From assembly GCA_031364845.1 (NCBI GenBank), contig JANLWX010000070.1:1-32313 (forward strand): a stretch of 32,313 nucleotides of DNA, written 5' to 3'. The notes below the pieces were generated by a model that was not told where the DNA came from, did not search any database, and worked only from the letters and a program-made list of their open reading frames with translations. The DNA is from Candidatus Eiseniibacteriota bacterium (GTDB lineage: Bacteria > Eisenbacteria > RBG-16-71-46). Position numbers and translations under genes: made by a program. Positions 8,140-17,331 of the stretch are shown here, one piece after another; within the stretch, counting starts at the first letter, position 1; each line of letters opens with the position of its first letter.

Positions 8140-10110
8140 ATGCGCACGAACCATGTCCTTCGCTCGATCATCCTGATCGCGCTCGCCGCTTCGCCCGCAT
8201 TCGCACAGCCGCCGCCGCCGCTCACCCCGCTGCCCCCGCCGCCGCAGCCCGCCGGCAATCTGGTGACGAACGCCAAGGCGAACCTGGGCAAGGTGCTGTT
8301 CTGGGACGAGCAGCTGTCGTCGACGCGAACGGTCGCGTGCGGAAGCTGCCATCAGGCGCGCGGCGGCGGTTCGGATCCGCGTTCGGTCGCGGGTTCGTCA
8401 CGCGCGACGAACCCGGGGCTCGACGGCATCACGGGCACCGCGGACGACATCGTGGGTTCGCCGGGTGTTGTGCTCAATCACGCGGACGGATCGCTGCACG
8501 CTTCCGGCATGTTCAGCATGCACGAACAGGTCACGGGGCGGCTCGCGCCGTCGTTCATCAACTCCGGATACTCGCCGGTCACGTTCTGGGACGGCCGCGC
8601 GGGCGGCACGTTCATCGATCCCGAGACCGGCACCACGGTGCTTCCGAATGGTGGCGCGCTCGAGAACCAGGTGCTGGGGCCGCCGCTGTCGTCGGCCGAG
8701 ATGGGCCACGTCGGCCGCGGGTGGTCCGACGTGACCGCGCGCATCGCCGCGTCGAAGCCGCTCGCGCTGTCGGCAGTCGTGCCCGCGGATCTGATGACGT
8801 GGATCAACAGCCGCGGCTATCCCGAGCTGTTCAACGAGGCGTTCGGTTCGGTCGCGGTTACGGCGGCCAAGATCGCGATGGCGATCGCGAGCTACGAGCG
8901 CACGCTGTTCTCAACCCAGACGCCGTTCGACGCGCTGATCGCGGGAAATGGTGCCGCGCTCACGCCGCAGGAGAACGCGGGCTTCCAGTTGTTCGGCCGC
9001 GTCGGCTGCGCGGGGTGCCACGCGGGTTCGCTGATGTCCGACAACCAGTTCCACTACATCGGCGTGCGTCCGGCAGCCGAGGATTCCGGCCGCATGATCG
9101 TCACGCATCAAGCGGCCGACCTCGGTGCGTTCCGCACGCCGAGCCTGCGCAACGTCTCGCTGCGTTCGGCGTTCATGCACAACGGACGGTTCTCGACGCT
9201 CGCCGAGGTCGTCGACTTCTACGATCGCGGCGGTGACTTCAATGCTCCCAACAAGGCGGCGGCGATCCGGCCGCTCAATCTGACGGCGAACGAGAAGGCG
9301 CAGCTGATCGCGTTCATGAGCCGTCCGCTCACGGATCCGCGCGTTGCGGCGCAGACGGCGCCGTTCGACCGGCCCACGCTGTTCAGCGAGAGCGCGTTCG
9401 TGCCGCAGGTGCTGGCCGGTGGCCTCGCGGGGGCGTCGGGTCTCACGCCACAGGTCGTGGCTCTCGAGCCGCCCATCGCCGGCAATCCGCAGTTCACGGT
9501 CGGCGTGTACGGTGCGCTGGGCGGTGCCAACGCGGTGCTCGTGATCGACAGTATCGAGCCCGCCGCGAACGGGGGGATTCCGGCGACCGGGTCGTTCGCA
9601 CACGTCGCCACGACGCTCGCGGGTTCGGGCGCGGGCAATGGATATGGCTCGGCGACGATCGCGATTGCGGATGACTCTTCGCTGTATGGCCGCGAGTTGT
9701 TCGGTCGCTGGTATGTCTCCGATGCCGCCGCGAGCGGCGGAGTCGCTTCGTCGCCCGCGTTCCGCATGCAGATCTTCGGACCCAACGGCGCGGGCCTGCC
9801 ACTCGCCGTCACGCCGCAGTCGGTGACGCGCACGGTCCGGCTCTATGCCGGCTCGCCCAATCCGTTCCCGTCGAGCACGACGCTGCGCTTCGAGCTGATG
9901 CTGTCGTCGCGCGTCCAGCTCCACGTCTATGACATCTCCGGCCGCACTGTGCGCCGGCTGTACGAACGCACTTCCGCGATGCCGGGCAGTTACTCGGTGA
10001 CGTGGGATGGCCGCGACGATGCGGGCCACGAAGTGCCGGGCGGCATGTACTTCTACCGGCTCGACACCGATCGCGGTTCCGAGACGGCACGCGTGGTCCG
10101 GCTCCAGTAG
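8140..10110 (+). CDS. Di-heme cytochrome c peroxidase/MauG family protein with FlgD-Ig/T9SS-like C-terminal domain
   Basis: Signal peptide, LGKVLFWD..LS...ACGSCH, FWDGRA, CAGCH, FRTPSLRNV...FMHNG; C-terminal PNPF...VYDISGRTVRRL...WDGRDDAG..VPGGMYFYRL. Confidence 0.92.
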   Translation: MRTNHVLRSIILIALAASPAFAQPPPPLTPLPPPPQPAGNLVTNAKANLGKVLFWDEQLSSTRTVACGSCHQARGGGSDPRSVAGSSRATNPGLDGITGTADDIVGSPGVVLNHADGSLHASGMFSMHEQVTGRLAPSFINSGYSPVTFWDGRAGGTFIDPETGTTVLPNGGALENQVLGPPLSSAEMGHVGRGWSDVTARIAASKPLALSAVVPADLMTWINSRGYPELFNEAFGSVAVTAAKIAMAIASYERTLFSTQTPFDALIAGNGAALTPQENAGFQLFGRVGCAGCHAGSLMSDNQFHYIGVRPAAEDSGRMIVTHQAADLGAFRTPSLRNVSLRSAFMHNGRFSTLAEVVDFYDRGGDFNAPNKAAAIRPLNLTANEKAQLIAFMSRPLTDPRVAAQTAPFDRPTLFSESAFVPQVLAGGLAGASGLTPQVVALEPPIAGNPQFTVGVYGALGGANAVLVIDSIEPAANGGIPATGSFAHVATTLAGSGAGNGYGSATIAIADDSSLYGRELFGRWYVSDAAASGGVASSPAFRMQIFGPNGAGLPLAVTPQSVTRTVRLYAGSPNPFPSSTTLRFELMLSSRVQLHVYDISGRTVRRLYERTSAMPGSYSVTWDGRDDAGHEVPGGMYFYRLDTDRGSETARVVRLQ

Positions 10111-10133
10111 CGGCGCGCATTTCAGGGGGATCG

Positions 10134-10688
10134 ATGAAACGCAGAATCGTCATGGCGGCACTCGCCACATTCGTGATGGTGGCCGCGCTCAGCTCCGCTG
10201 CGCTCGCGCAGCATGGGGATCGCGGCGGGCCGGGAGGGCCGCACGCATCGCAGGGCGGGCCCGGCGTGGGGCGCGGCGAGTTCCCGCCGCCGGGCGGGCC
10301 GATGGGCGGCCCAGGTGACGAATTCGGTCCGCACGGCGGTCCGCCCGGGCCGCCGCCGGGCATGCGGCCGCCGTCACCCGAGGAACTGGAACGCGCGGGC
10401 GTCACCGCGTCGCAGCGCGCGAAGATCGAAGCACTGCACGACGATGCGATGCGCCGCCGGATCCGGCTCGGCGCCGACGTGAGAATCGCCGAGCTGGATC
10501 TGCGCCAGGAGATCGAGCGCGACGCTCCCGACCTGAACACGGTCGGGGAGGCGGTCGAGCGCGTGGGCCAGCTACGAACCGCGATGCACAAGGCGCACGT
10601 GATGGAAATGCTCGCCGTGCGCGCGCTGCTCACGCCCGAGCAGCGGGCGAAGTTGAAGAAGTCGCGAGCGACGATGGGCAGCCACTGA
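10134..10688 (+). CDS. Spy/CpxP-family periplasmic protein
   Basis: ATG 10134 after a GGGGGA RBS, signal peptide, Gly/Pro-rich N-terminal segment, and LTxxQ-like motifs VTASQ and LLTPEQRAKL. Confidence 0.85.
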   Translation: MKRRIVMAALATFVMVAALSSAALAQHGDRGGPGGPHASQGGPGVGRGEFPPPGGPMGGPGDEFGPHGGPPGPPPGMRPPSPEELERAGVTASQRAKIEALHDDAMRRRIRLGADVRIAELDLRQEIERDAPDLNTVGEAVERVGQLRTAMHKAHVMEMLAVRALLTPEQRAKLKKSRATMGSH

Positions 10689-10824
10689 GCCGCGCCGCTG
10701 CGAGGTTGATGTCCGGACTCGCCCGGTCTGCGCAGTGCCCGCGCGGTGCTGCGCGCCGGTGCCGGTCCGGGATGGATGCGCCGCCGGCTTGTCATTCGCG
10801 GCGCGTTCTTCGAACCTGTCGCCC

Positions 10825-11505
10825 ATGAACCCCATGATCCTGGTGGTCGAGGACGACCGGCGCATCGCCGCGCTGGTCGTCAAGAATCTCGAGGCGGCGG
10901 GTTACTCGTGCACGATCGCGGGTGACGGCGACACCGCCCTCGCCGAATTCGCGCGGCTCGAGCCGGCGCTCATCGTGCTCGACATCGGGCTGCCCGGTCT
11001 CGGCGGCCTCGAGGTGACGCGCCGTCTGCGCCGTAGCAGCGACGTGCCGATCCTGATGCTCACGTCGAGATCGGGCGAGAGCGACAAGGTGCTCGGGCTC
11101 GAAGTCGGCGCGGACGACTACCTCACGAAACCGTTCGGAACTTCCGAACTGATCGCGCGCGTGCGCGCTCTGCTGCGCCGTACCACGCCGGCCTCGCGCG
11201 AACGCGCGCTCGTGTTCGGCACGCTGCGCATCGATCCCGCGCGGCGCGACGCCGAGCGCGACGGCGAGCGCGTGATCCTCACCACGCTCGAATTCGATCT
11301 GCTCTACTTCCTCGCCTCGCGGCCCGGCCACGTGTTCACGCGCGAAGCGCTGATGACGCAGGTGTGGGGCGACGATCGCATTGTCGGCGACCGCTCGATC
11401 GACAACATCGTGAGCCGCCTGCGCAAGAAGCTCGAAGTCGATCCCGATGCGCCGCGCTGGCTGCAGACCGTGTGGGGCGCGGGCTACCGCTTCGCCGACA
11501 CGTGA
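10825..11505 (+). CDS. OmpR/PhoB-family response regulator
   Basis: ILVVEDD, LDIGLPG, GADDYLTKPF, and winged helix LT..EFDLL...RLRKKLE...QTVWGAGYRF; start trimmed to ATG 10825. Confidence 0.95.
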   Translation: MNPMILVVEDDRRIAALVVKNLEAAGYSCTIAGDGDTALAEFARLEPALIVLDIGLPGLGGLEVTRRLRRSSDVPILMLTSRSGESDKVLGLEVGADDYLTKPFGTSELIARVRALLRRTTPASRERALVFGTLRIDPARRDAERDGERVILTTLEFDLLYFLASRPGHVFTREALMTQVWGDDRIVGDRSIDNIVSRLRKKLEVDPDAPRWLQTVWGAGYRFADT

Positions 11506-11512
11506 GCGCGTC

Positions 11513-13216
11513 ATGAAGGTGCGCACACGCAGCCTGTTCTGGACGTTCGCCTCCGTGTTTCTGGTGGTGGTGGTGGTGGCGACCGTGCTGCAGGTGATCG
11601 TGAGCGTCGCGGTCCTGCGACCGCTCGCGACGCGCGGGGCGCGCGAGCAGGCCGAAGCCACGATCGATCGCGTCTCGCGCGACATCGCGGAGCTGCCGGA
11701 TCAGGCGGTGGTGCCCGACGTGATCGAGGTGCTGCACGCAAACGCCACGCGCGAGCGCGGCGAGCTGCTCGTGTTCTGCGCGCGCAATGGACGCGTGCTG
11801 CACGATCGCCGCGTGGCACCCGAAGCGCATCGCGGTGTGGTCGCGGTGCTCGCGGCGGCGGGGCTCGCGGATTCGGCGGCGGATGCGCGCATGCGTCCCC
11901 TGGGCGGTCCGGACGGACCGCCCGGCGCGGGAGGTGGTCCGCCACCGTTCGGAGGTCCGCTCGGAGATGGACCTGGCGGTGGCCGGCCCCCGGGCGATCT
12001 CGGTGATGAGCCACCGCCGTGGTCTGCGGACGGACCGCCGCTCGCGTTCGAGGAACCGCCAGCCCCGGCATCTTCGGATTCCGCCGTCGACGGTCGGCAA
12101 CTACTCGCATTCGATGGACCACCTCCAGCCGCAGATACGCGTGGCCCCCAACTGCCCGCCGAGAGGTTCGAACTGCTCGCACATCAAGCCGTGGTCCGTG
12201 GCGGACGCGCACTCGGAGAGCTCGCGGTGGTCGGCCCTGCGTCGGGCGCGAATCTGTGGTCGCTTCCCGAATCGCGCGGCGTGTTGCTGATCCTGCCGTT
12301 CGCGGTGATCGTCTCGGGTGGTGCGGGGCTGTTCCTGGTGCGCCTGCTCGCGCGGCGGCTGAACGCGCTCGAGCGCGTCACCGACCGCATCACCGGTGGT
12401 GTTCTTCCCACCGCGGACGACGATCGCGGGCGCGACGAGATCGAGCGGCTCGAAGATCGCTTCAATCGCATGGCCGATCGTGTGGTCGCGGCACGCACGG
12501 GACTCGAGGAAACCGATCGCCAGCGCCGCCGGCTGCTGGCCGACATCTCGCACGAGCTGGCGACGCCGCTCACTTCGATCCGCGGCTACGTCGAGACGCT
12601 GCTCGATCCCGGCGTGACGACGACCGTCGAAGAGCGCAAAGGCTATCTCGAGGACGTGCTCGCGGAATCCAAGCGGCTCGAAGCGATGATCAACGAGCTG
12701 TTTGACCTCGCGCGGCTCGAGGCGGGTGCGACCCCGCTCCAGCGAGTGCGCCTCGATTGGGCCGAGTTGTGCCGCAATACTGCGCGAAGATTGGAGCCGC
12801 GGTTTCGCGCGGCGGGACTCACGCTCGCGTGGATGGGTGAGCCGGAGCCGGTGTGGCTGCATGCCGATGGGCGGCGTCTCGAAGAAGTCGCCGAGAATCT
12901 GCTCGCGAACGCGATCCGCTACGTGCCTTCCGGCGGCACCGTGACTCTGTCGATGGAGCGCGCGACGACGACCTCGGGCAAGCGACTGCGATTCACCGTG
13001 GCCGACGACGGCCCCGGCATTCCCGAGGCCGATCTGCCGCACGTGTTCGAGCGCTTCTATCGCGCGGAGTCGGTGCGCGCAACCGGCGGCACCGGCCTCG
13101 GCCTCGCGATCGTGAACGAGATCGTGCGCCAGCACGGCGGTGAAGTGCGCGCCCAGCGCCGCGATCCGCGCGGGGCGGAGTTCGTGGTGGAGTTGCCGGC
13201 GGACGAGGACGTGTAG
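11513..13216 (+). CDS. Membrane sensor histidine kinase (HAMP-HisKA-HATPase), BaeS/CpxA-like
   Basis: Two TM helices, HAMP (DEIERL..FNRMA), H-box ISHELATPLTSIRG, N-box NLLANAIRY, DDGPGI, FERFYR and GTGLGL. Confidence 0.95.
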   Translation: MKVRTRSLFWTFASVFLVVVVVATVLQVIVSVAVLRPLATRGAREQAEATIDRVSRDIAELPDQAVVPDVIEVLHANATRERGELLVFCARNGRVLHDRRVAPEAHRGVVAVLAAAGLADSAADARMRPLGGPDGPPGAGGGPPPFGGPLGDGPGGGRPPGDLGDEPPPWSADGPPLAFEEPPAPASSDSAVDGRQLLAFDGPPPAADTRGPQLPAERFELLAHQAVVRGGRALGELAVVGPASGANLWSLPESRGVLLILPFAVIVSGGAGLFLVRLLARRLNALERVTDRITGGVLPTADDDRGRDEIERLEDRFNRMADRVVAARTGLEETDRQRRRLLADISHELATPLTSIRGYVETLLDPGVTTTVEERKGYLEDVLAESKRLEAMINELFDLARLEAGATPLQRVRLDWAELCRNTARRLEPRFRAAGLTLAWMGEPEPVWLHADGRRLEEVAENLLANAIRYVPSGGTVTLSMERATTTSGKRLRFTVADDGPGIPEADLPHVFERFYRAESVRATGGTGLGLAIVNEIVRQHGGEVRAQRRDPRGAEFVVELPADEDV

Positions 13217-13261
13217 GCTGTCGTTCCAGTGCACGGAGGACGCCCATGCGAACCGCACCCG

Positions 13262-13291
13262 TTTCGTCACATCGCTTCGGGCCTTCGTCCC
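13262..13291 (+). promoter_or_regulatory. Putative LytTR binding site (9-12-9 direct repeat) upstream of the LytS-type kinase
   Basis: TTTCGTCAC-N12-CTTCGTCCC; the same arrangement recurs at 15283. Confidence 0.7.
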
Positions 13292-13325
13292 AATCTCCGC
13301 TGCGGATACTGGCTGAGGTGATTTC

Positions 13326-14501
13326 ATGCCTGTCTTGATCGACACTCTCTCAGAGACAGCGACCGGCTCCGCCGGGGCGAAATCCGCTACCGCCATTCCG
13401 CCGACCTCACCGCTGGGCATTCGCCTGCGGCCCGCCCTGCTGGTGCTGGCCGTCGCGCTCGCCGCCACGGCCATCGAATCGACCTTCGGCGCCTTGCCCA
13501 TGCCCGGCGAGACGCGCGGCATGGACTGGCTGGACGCATTTCTCGGCACCCTCCCCACCTGGCTGGTGGCGGCGGCCATGACGCCGTTCATCTTCGCGTT
13601 CGCGCGGCGGTTTCCATTCCGCAGCGCGCGGTGGTGGGAGCCCGTGCTGGTCCACTTGGCGGGGGCGGCGGTGTTCACGATGGTCCACCTGGCGATCTCG
13701 GTGGCGCTCACCATCTTCATCTCCGGCCGGCCGGTGCCGTGGTCCCGAGCCGTGGTGAACATGTTGCGCCTCTACTCGCTGGCGGAAGTGCTGATCTACG
13801 CCACGGTGGTGGGCGCATGGACCGCACTGCAATTCCATCGTGAAGCGCTCGCACGTGAGCGGGACGCCTCCCAGCTGCGACAACGCCTGGTCGAGGCGCG
13901 GCTCGACGCGTTGCGCCTGCAGCTTCAGCCGCACTTTCTCTTCAACACCCTGCAGGCGATCAGCGTGATGGCGCGCGCGCAGGACACCGAGACTCTGGTG
14001 CGGACCGTGGCGAACCTCGGCGATCTCCTGCGCGCCGTACTCGACGAACGTCTCGGTCAGGAGGTGACGCTCGATGAGGAACTCGGACTCCTGCGCAAGT
14101 ATCTCGACATCCAGCACGTGCGTTTTCACGACCGCCTGACGGTGACGTGGGGCATTGGAGACGATTGCCGTGTGGCGCGCGTGCCGTCGCTGATCCTGCA
14201 GCCGCTGGTGGAAAACGCGATGATGCACGGGCTCGATGTGCGGCCCGGTCCGGGTGAGATTCGCATCGGGGCCGAGCGTGACGGCCTTCTCCTGCGGATG
14301 TGGGTGGAGGACAGCGGACCTGGCCTGGCTCCGCAGGGCGCGCGACGGCGCGCGGGGGTGGGGCTGGCCAACACGCGAGCGCGCCTGGAACACCGTTACG
14401 GCGAGCGCATGCGATTCCTGGCGCACAACGCCGAGCAGGGTGGCGCGCGTTTCGTGATCGAGATTCCTTACGAGACGGTGGCTGCGGACATCGCGACATG
14501 A
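13326..14501 (+). CDS. LytS/YehU-family membrane histidine kinase
   Basis: GAGGTG RBS, about four TM helices, LQLQPHFLFNTL, EVTLDEEL...YLDIQHVRF, LQPLVENAMMHG, GVGLANTRARL. Confidence 0.93.
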   Translation: MPVLIDTLSETATGSAGAKSATAIPPTSPLGIRLRPALLVLAVALAATAIESTFGALPMPGETRGMDWLDAFLGTLPTWLVAAAMTPFIFAFARRFPFRSARWWEPVLVHLAGAAVFTMVHLAISVALTIFISGRPVPWSRAVVNMLRLYSLAEVLIYATVVGAWTALQFHREALARERDASQLRQRLVEARLDALRLQLQPHFLFNTLQAISVMARAQDTETLVRTVANLGDLLRAVLDERLGQEVTLDEELGLLRKYLDIQHVRFHDRLTVTWGIGDDCRVARVPSLILQPLVENAMMHGLDVRPGPGEIRIGAERDGLLLRMWVEDSGPGLAPQGARRRAGVGLANTRARLEHRYGERMRFLAHNAEQGGARFVIEIPYETVAADIAT

Positions 14502-15253
14502 AGATCCTGCGAACCTTGATCGTCGATGACGAGCCTCTGGCGCGCGACGGCCTGCGCAACTCGCTTGCCGCACTGCCGGGCTTCGAACTGGTGGGCGAGG
14601 CGCGCGACGGCCCCGAGGCGGTCGAGTCGATCGTCGGCCTGCGACCGGATCTGCTGTTGCTCGACGTGCAGATGCCGGGCTTTGATGGATTCGAGGTGGT
14701 GGCGCGCATCCGCGATCGTCACTTGCCGGCGATCGTGTTCGTGTCGGCGTACGATCGCTACGCTCTGCGTGCGTTCGATGTTCATGCCGTCGACTATCTG
14801 CTCAAGCCTTACGCCGACGAACGATTCGCCGAAGCCCTCACTCGCGCGCGGCGGAATCTCGAGCAGCCCGATCCCGATCAGGCGGCGCGATTGCTCGCGC
14901 TCATCGCGGCGGTGGTGCCGAGTGTCGGCGTGTCGTATGTCGATCGCTTCACCGTGCGCGAGCATCATGGCTGGCGGCTGGTGCGGGTCGAGGACGTGCA
15001 TTGGTTCGAGTCGGCCGGCAATTACGTCGAGATCCACACCGCCTCGGGCATGCACCTGCTGCGCATGACCATGTCCGAACTCGAGCGCACGTTGGACCCC
15101 CGGCGCTTCGCGCGCATTCATCGCACCTCGATGGTTCAGGTGGACCACGTGAGTGAGATCCGTCCCGACGAAGGCGAGGGCTACATTGTCGTTCTCCATT
15201 CCGGCAAAGAATTGCCGATGAGCCGGCGCTTCCGCGATCGCCTGCTGGCCTGA
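14498..15253 (+). CDS. LytTR-family response regulator
   Basis: ATGA overlap with the kinase stop; IVDDEPLAR, LDVQMPG, AVDYLLKP; LytTR domain AGNYVEIH...FARIHR. Confidence 0.95.
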   Translation: MKILRTLIVDDEPLARDGLRNSLAALPGFELVGEARDGPEAVESIVGLRPDLLLLDVQMPGFDGFEVVARIRDRHLPAIVFVSAYDRYALRAFDVHAVDYLLKPYADERFAEALTRARRNLEQPDPDQAARLLALIAAVVPSVGVSYVDRFTVREHHGWRLVRVEDVHWFESAGNYVEIHTASGMHLLRMTMSELERTLDPRRFARIHRTSMVQVDHVSEIRPDEGEGYIVVLHSGKELPMSRRFRDRLLA

Positions 15254-15282
15254 ATTCAATCCACCGGCCCCGCTGCGAGCCG

Positions 15283-15334
15283 TTTCGTCACGCGGACGGT
15301 CATCTCCGTCCCTTTTCCGCTGACTTGTCGTCTC
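15283..15334 (+). promoter_or_regulatory. Putative LytTR binding site upstream of the CRTAC1-like gene
   Basis: TTTCGTCAC-N12-CTCCGTCCC, plus a third copy TGTCGTCTC 22 bp further; shares CCGTTTCGTCAC and a downstream TCCGCTG with the 13262 site. Confidence 0.7.
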
Positions 15335-15422
15335 TTTTATCGGAAACTAGCTCTCGATGACGCCGCCGCCGGGGCCGGAACGTCTCACCCATGTCGCTCT
15401 CATCTGGATCGCGGAGACTCCC

Positions 15423-17225
15423 ATGCTCGAACGTCACGCTCTGCGGGTCGCGTTGCTGCTCGCCGTGCTCGCGCCAGCACCCGTCGGCGCACAGTCCTTC
15501 ACCCGGGTCACTTCCGGGAATCCCTTCACCACCGCGATCGTGCCCGCGTCGTCCCAGTACACGGGTTGCGCGTGGGCGGACTACGACGCCGATGGCGATC
15601 CGGATTTCTACATCGTCCAGCAGGGGCTCTACCGCAACAACGGCGCCGGCAGCTTCACGCTGCTTGCCGCCATCCCTCCGGATCACGCCAACGCGATCGG
15701 GTGTTCGTGGTCGGATCCCGACAACGATGGTGATCTCGACCTGTTCGTCTCGGGCGGCCCGCCCGGGGGCTCGGTGTTCTACCGCAACGACGGAGCGGAC
15801 GCGTTCACGGCGATCGCGACCGGCGTGATGGGCGATGTGGCCGGCAACCAGGGCTGGGGATGCGCGTGGGGTGATTACGATCTCGACGGCAAGGCCGATC
15901 TCGTGATCAGTGCAGCGTTCGGTTTCGTGGGGATCACGACTTCGAACCACGTCCTGCACAATCTCGGGTCGCTCGAATTCGAGCGCGTGGACACTTCGTC
16001 GGTGAGTTCCGTCACCGGTCCGTTCACCACGCCCAGTTGGAACGACGTGGACGACGATGGCGATCCGGACCTGTTCATTGCCAGCGGCCCGGCCGACGGC
16101 TCGACCGCGCCCGACTTCCTTTTCGAAAACCGCCGGTCCGCTCCGGGCGAGACGTTCTTCCGCCGTATTACCGAGGGCGTGCTCGCCACCGACGCGCACG
16201 ACGGCCAGCTCTACAACTGGGTGGACATCGACTCCGACGGCGATCTCGATGTCTACGTCACCAACTACGGCGGACCCTCGGGCGGATTCGCCAACGACCT
16301 GTACCGGAACGACGGTGGCACGTTCTTGAAGCTGAACGCCGCTGCCGCCGGGCCGATCGTGACCCAATTGGGCCACTCACTCGCTTCGGTCTGGTCGGAC
16401 TTCGACAACGACGGCGATCAGGATTGCCTGGTGACCAACGACGGGCCCGAGCTCTCCCAGTACTACACGAACAACGGCGCCGGCCTGTTCACGAACGTGA
16501 CCGCCACCGCGCTGCGTCTGGCCGGACCTCACTATGGTGCCGCTGCCGCGGACTACGATGGCGACGGTGACATGGACGTCTACATGCATGGCACCACTTC
16601 GACTCACGCACTGCTGCGCAACAACAGCAATCCCGCATCCCTCAATGGCTGGCTCGACGTGCGCTGTGTGGGCACCGTGTCGAACCGCGCGGCACTCGGT
16701 GCGCGCGTGTGGGTGCGCGCCACGATCGGCGGCGTGTCGAAGGTCCTGGTGCAGCAGGTCTCGGCACAGAACAGCTTCGGCGGGCACAACGCATTCACCC
16801 TGCACTTCGGTCTCGGCAACGCAGCGATCGTCGACAGCGTGATCGTGAGATTCCCGAATGGCGGCCGGCAAATCCTCACGGGTGTCGCGATCCGGCAGTC
16901 CATCACCGTGACCGAAGAGATCCCGGTGGCGGTGCCGCCTGCGAGCGGGTCGAGTGAAGACGGCTCTTCGATCCAGTGGCTGGGAGGCAATCCGGCCCGC
17001 GCAAATCTGCGGCTCGCCGTCACGCTGCCACATGGCGGAGACGCGCGACTGAGTGTGATCGATGCCGGCGGCCGCGTGGTGCTGCGACACGAATCCCGCG
17101 GCCTTGCTGCCGGGCGTCATGCGATCGACCTCGGTTCCAGTGCGGGTCTGCGCCCCGGGATCTACTGGGCGCGCATGGATCACGGCGGTGTGTCGCGCAG
17201 TGCGCGCGTGGTGGTTCTGCGGTAG
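15423..17225 (+). CDS. Secreted FG-GAP/CRTAC1-family protein with ASPIC/UnbV domain and FlgD/T9SS-like C-terminal domain
   Basis: GGAG RBS before ATG 15423, signal peptide, seven DxDxDGxxD repeats, SNRAALGARV...LHFGLG...VRFPNG (ASPIC/UnbV), and C-terminal NPAR...IDAGGRVV...PGIYWARM...RVVVLR. Confidence 0.9.
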   Translation: MLERHALRVALLLAVLAPAPVGAQSFTRVTSGNPFTTAIVPASSQYTGCAWADYDADGDPDFYIVQQGLYRNNGAGSFTLLAAIPPDHANAIGCSWSDPDNDGDLDLFVSGGPPGGSVFYRNDGADAFTAIATGVMGDVAGNQGWGCAWGDYDLDGKADLVISAAFGFVGITTSNHVLHNLGSLEFERVDTSSVSSVTGPFTTPSWNDVDDDGDPDLFIASGPADGSTAPDFLFENRRSAPGETFFRRITEGVLATDAHDGQLYNWVDIDSDGDLDVYVTNYGGPSGGFANDLYRNDGGTFLKLNAAAAGPIVTQLGHSLASVWSDFDNDGDQDCLVTNDGPELSQYYTNNGAGLFTNVTATALRLAGPHYGAAAADYDGDGDMDVYMHGTTSTHALLRNNSNPASLNGWLDVRCVGTVSNRAALGARVWVRATIGGVSKVLVQQVSAQNSFGGHNAFTLHFGLGNAAIVDSVIVRFPNGGRQILTGVAIRQSITVTEEIPVAVPPASGSSEDGSSIQWLGGNPARANLRLAVTLPHGGDARLSVIDAGGRVVLRHESRGLAAGRHAIDLGSSAGLRPGIYWARMDHGGVSRSARVVVLR

Positions 17226-17331
17226 GGCGTGGTGATGGAGTTTCCCGGTGGCCAGGGGTAGATTGGCGCTCGAGGTTCACGTTGTGGCCGTCAGCGCCTG
17301 TCACCCCTGAGCTCCACCGAAAGGAGCCTCC

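Noticed and set aside
7656..9236. 526-aa plus-strand ORF spanning the IS remnant and peroxidase
   Set aside because: Out-of-frame Arg-rich overlap typical of high-GC DNA.
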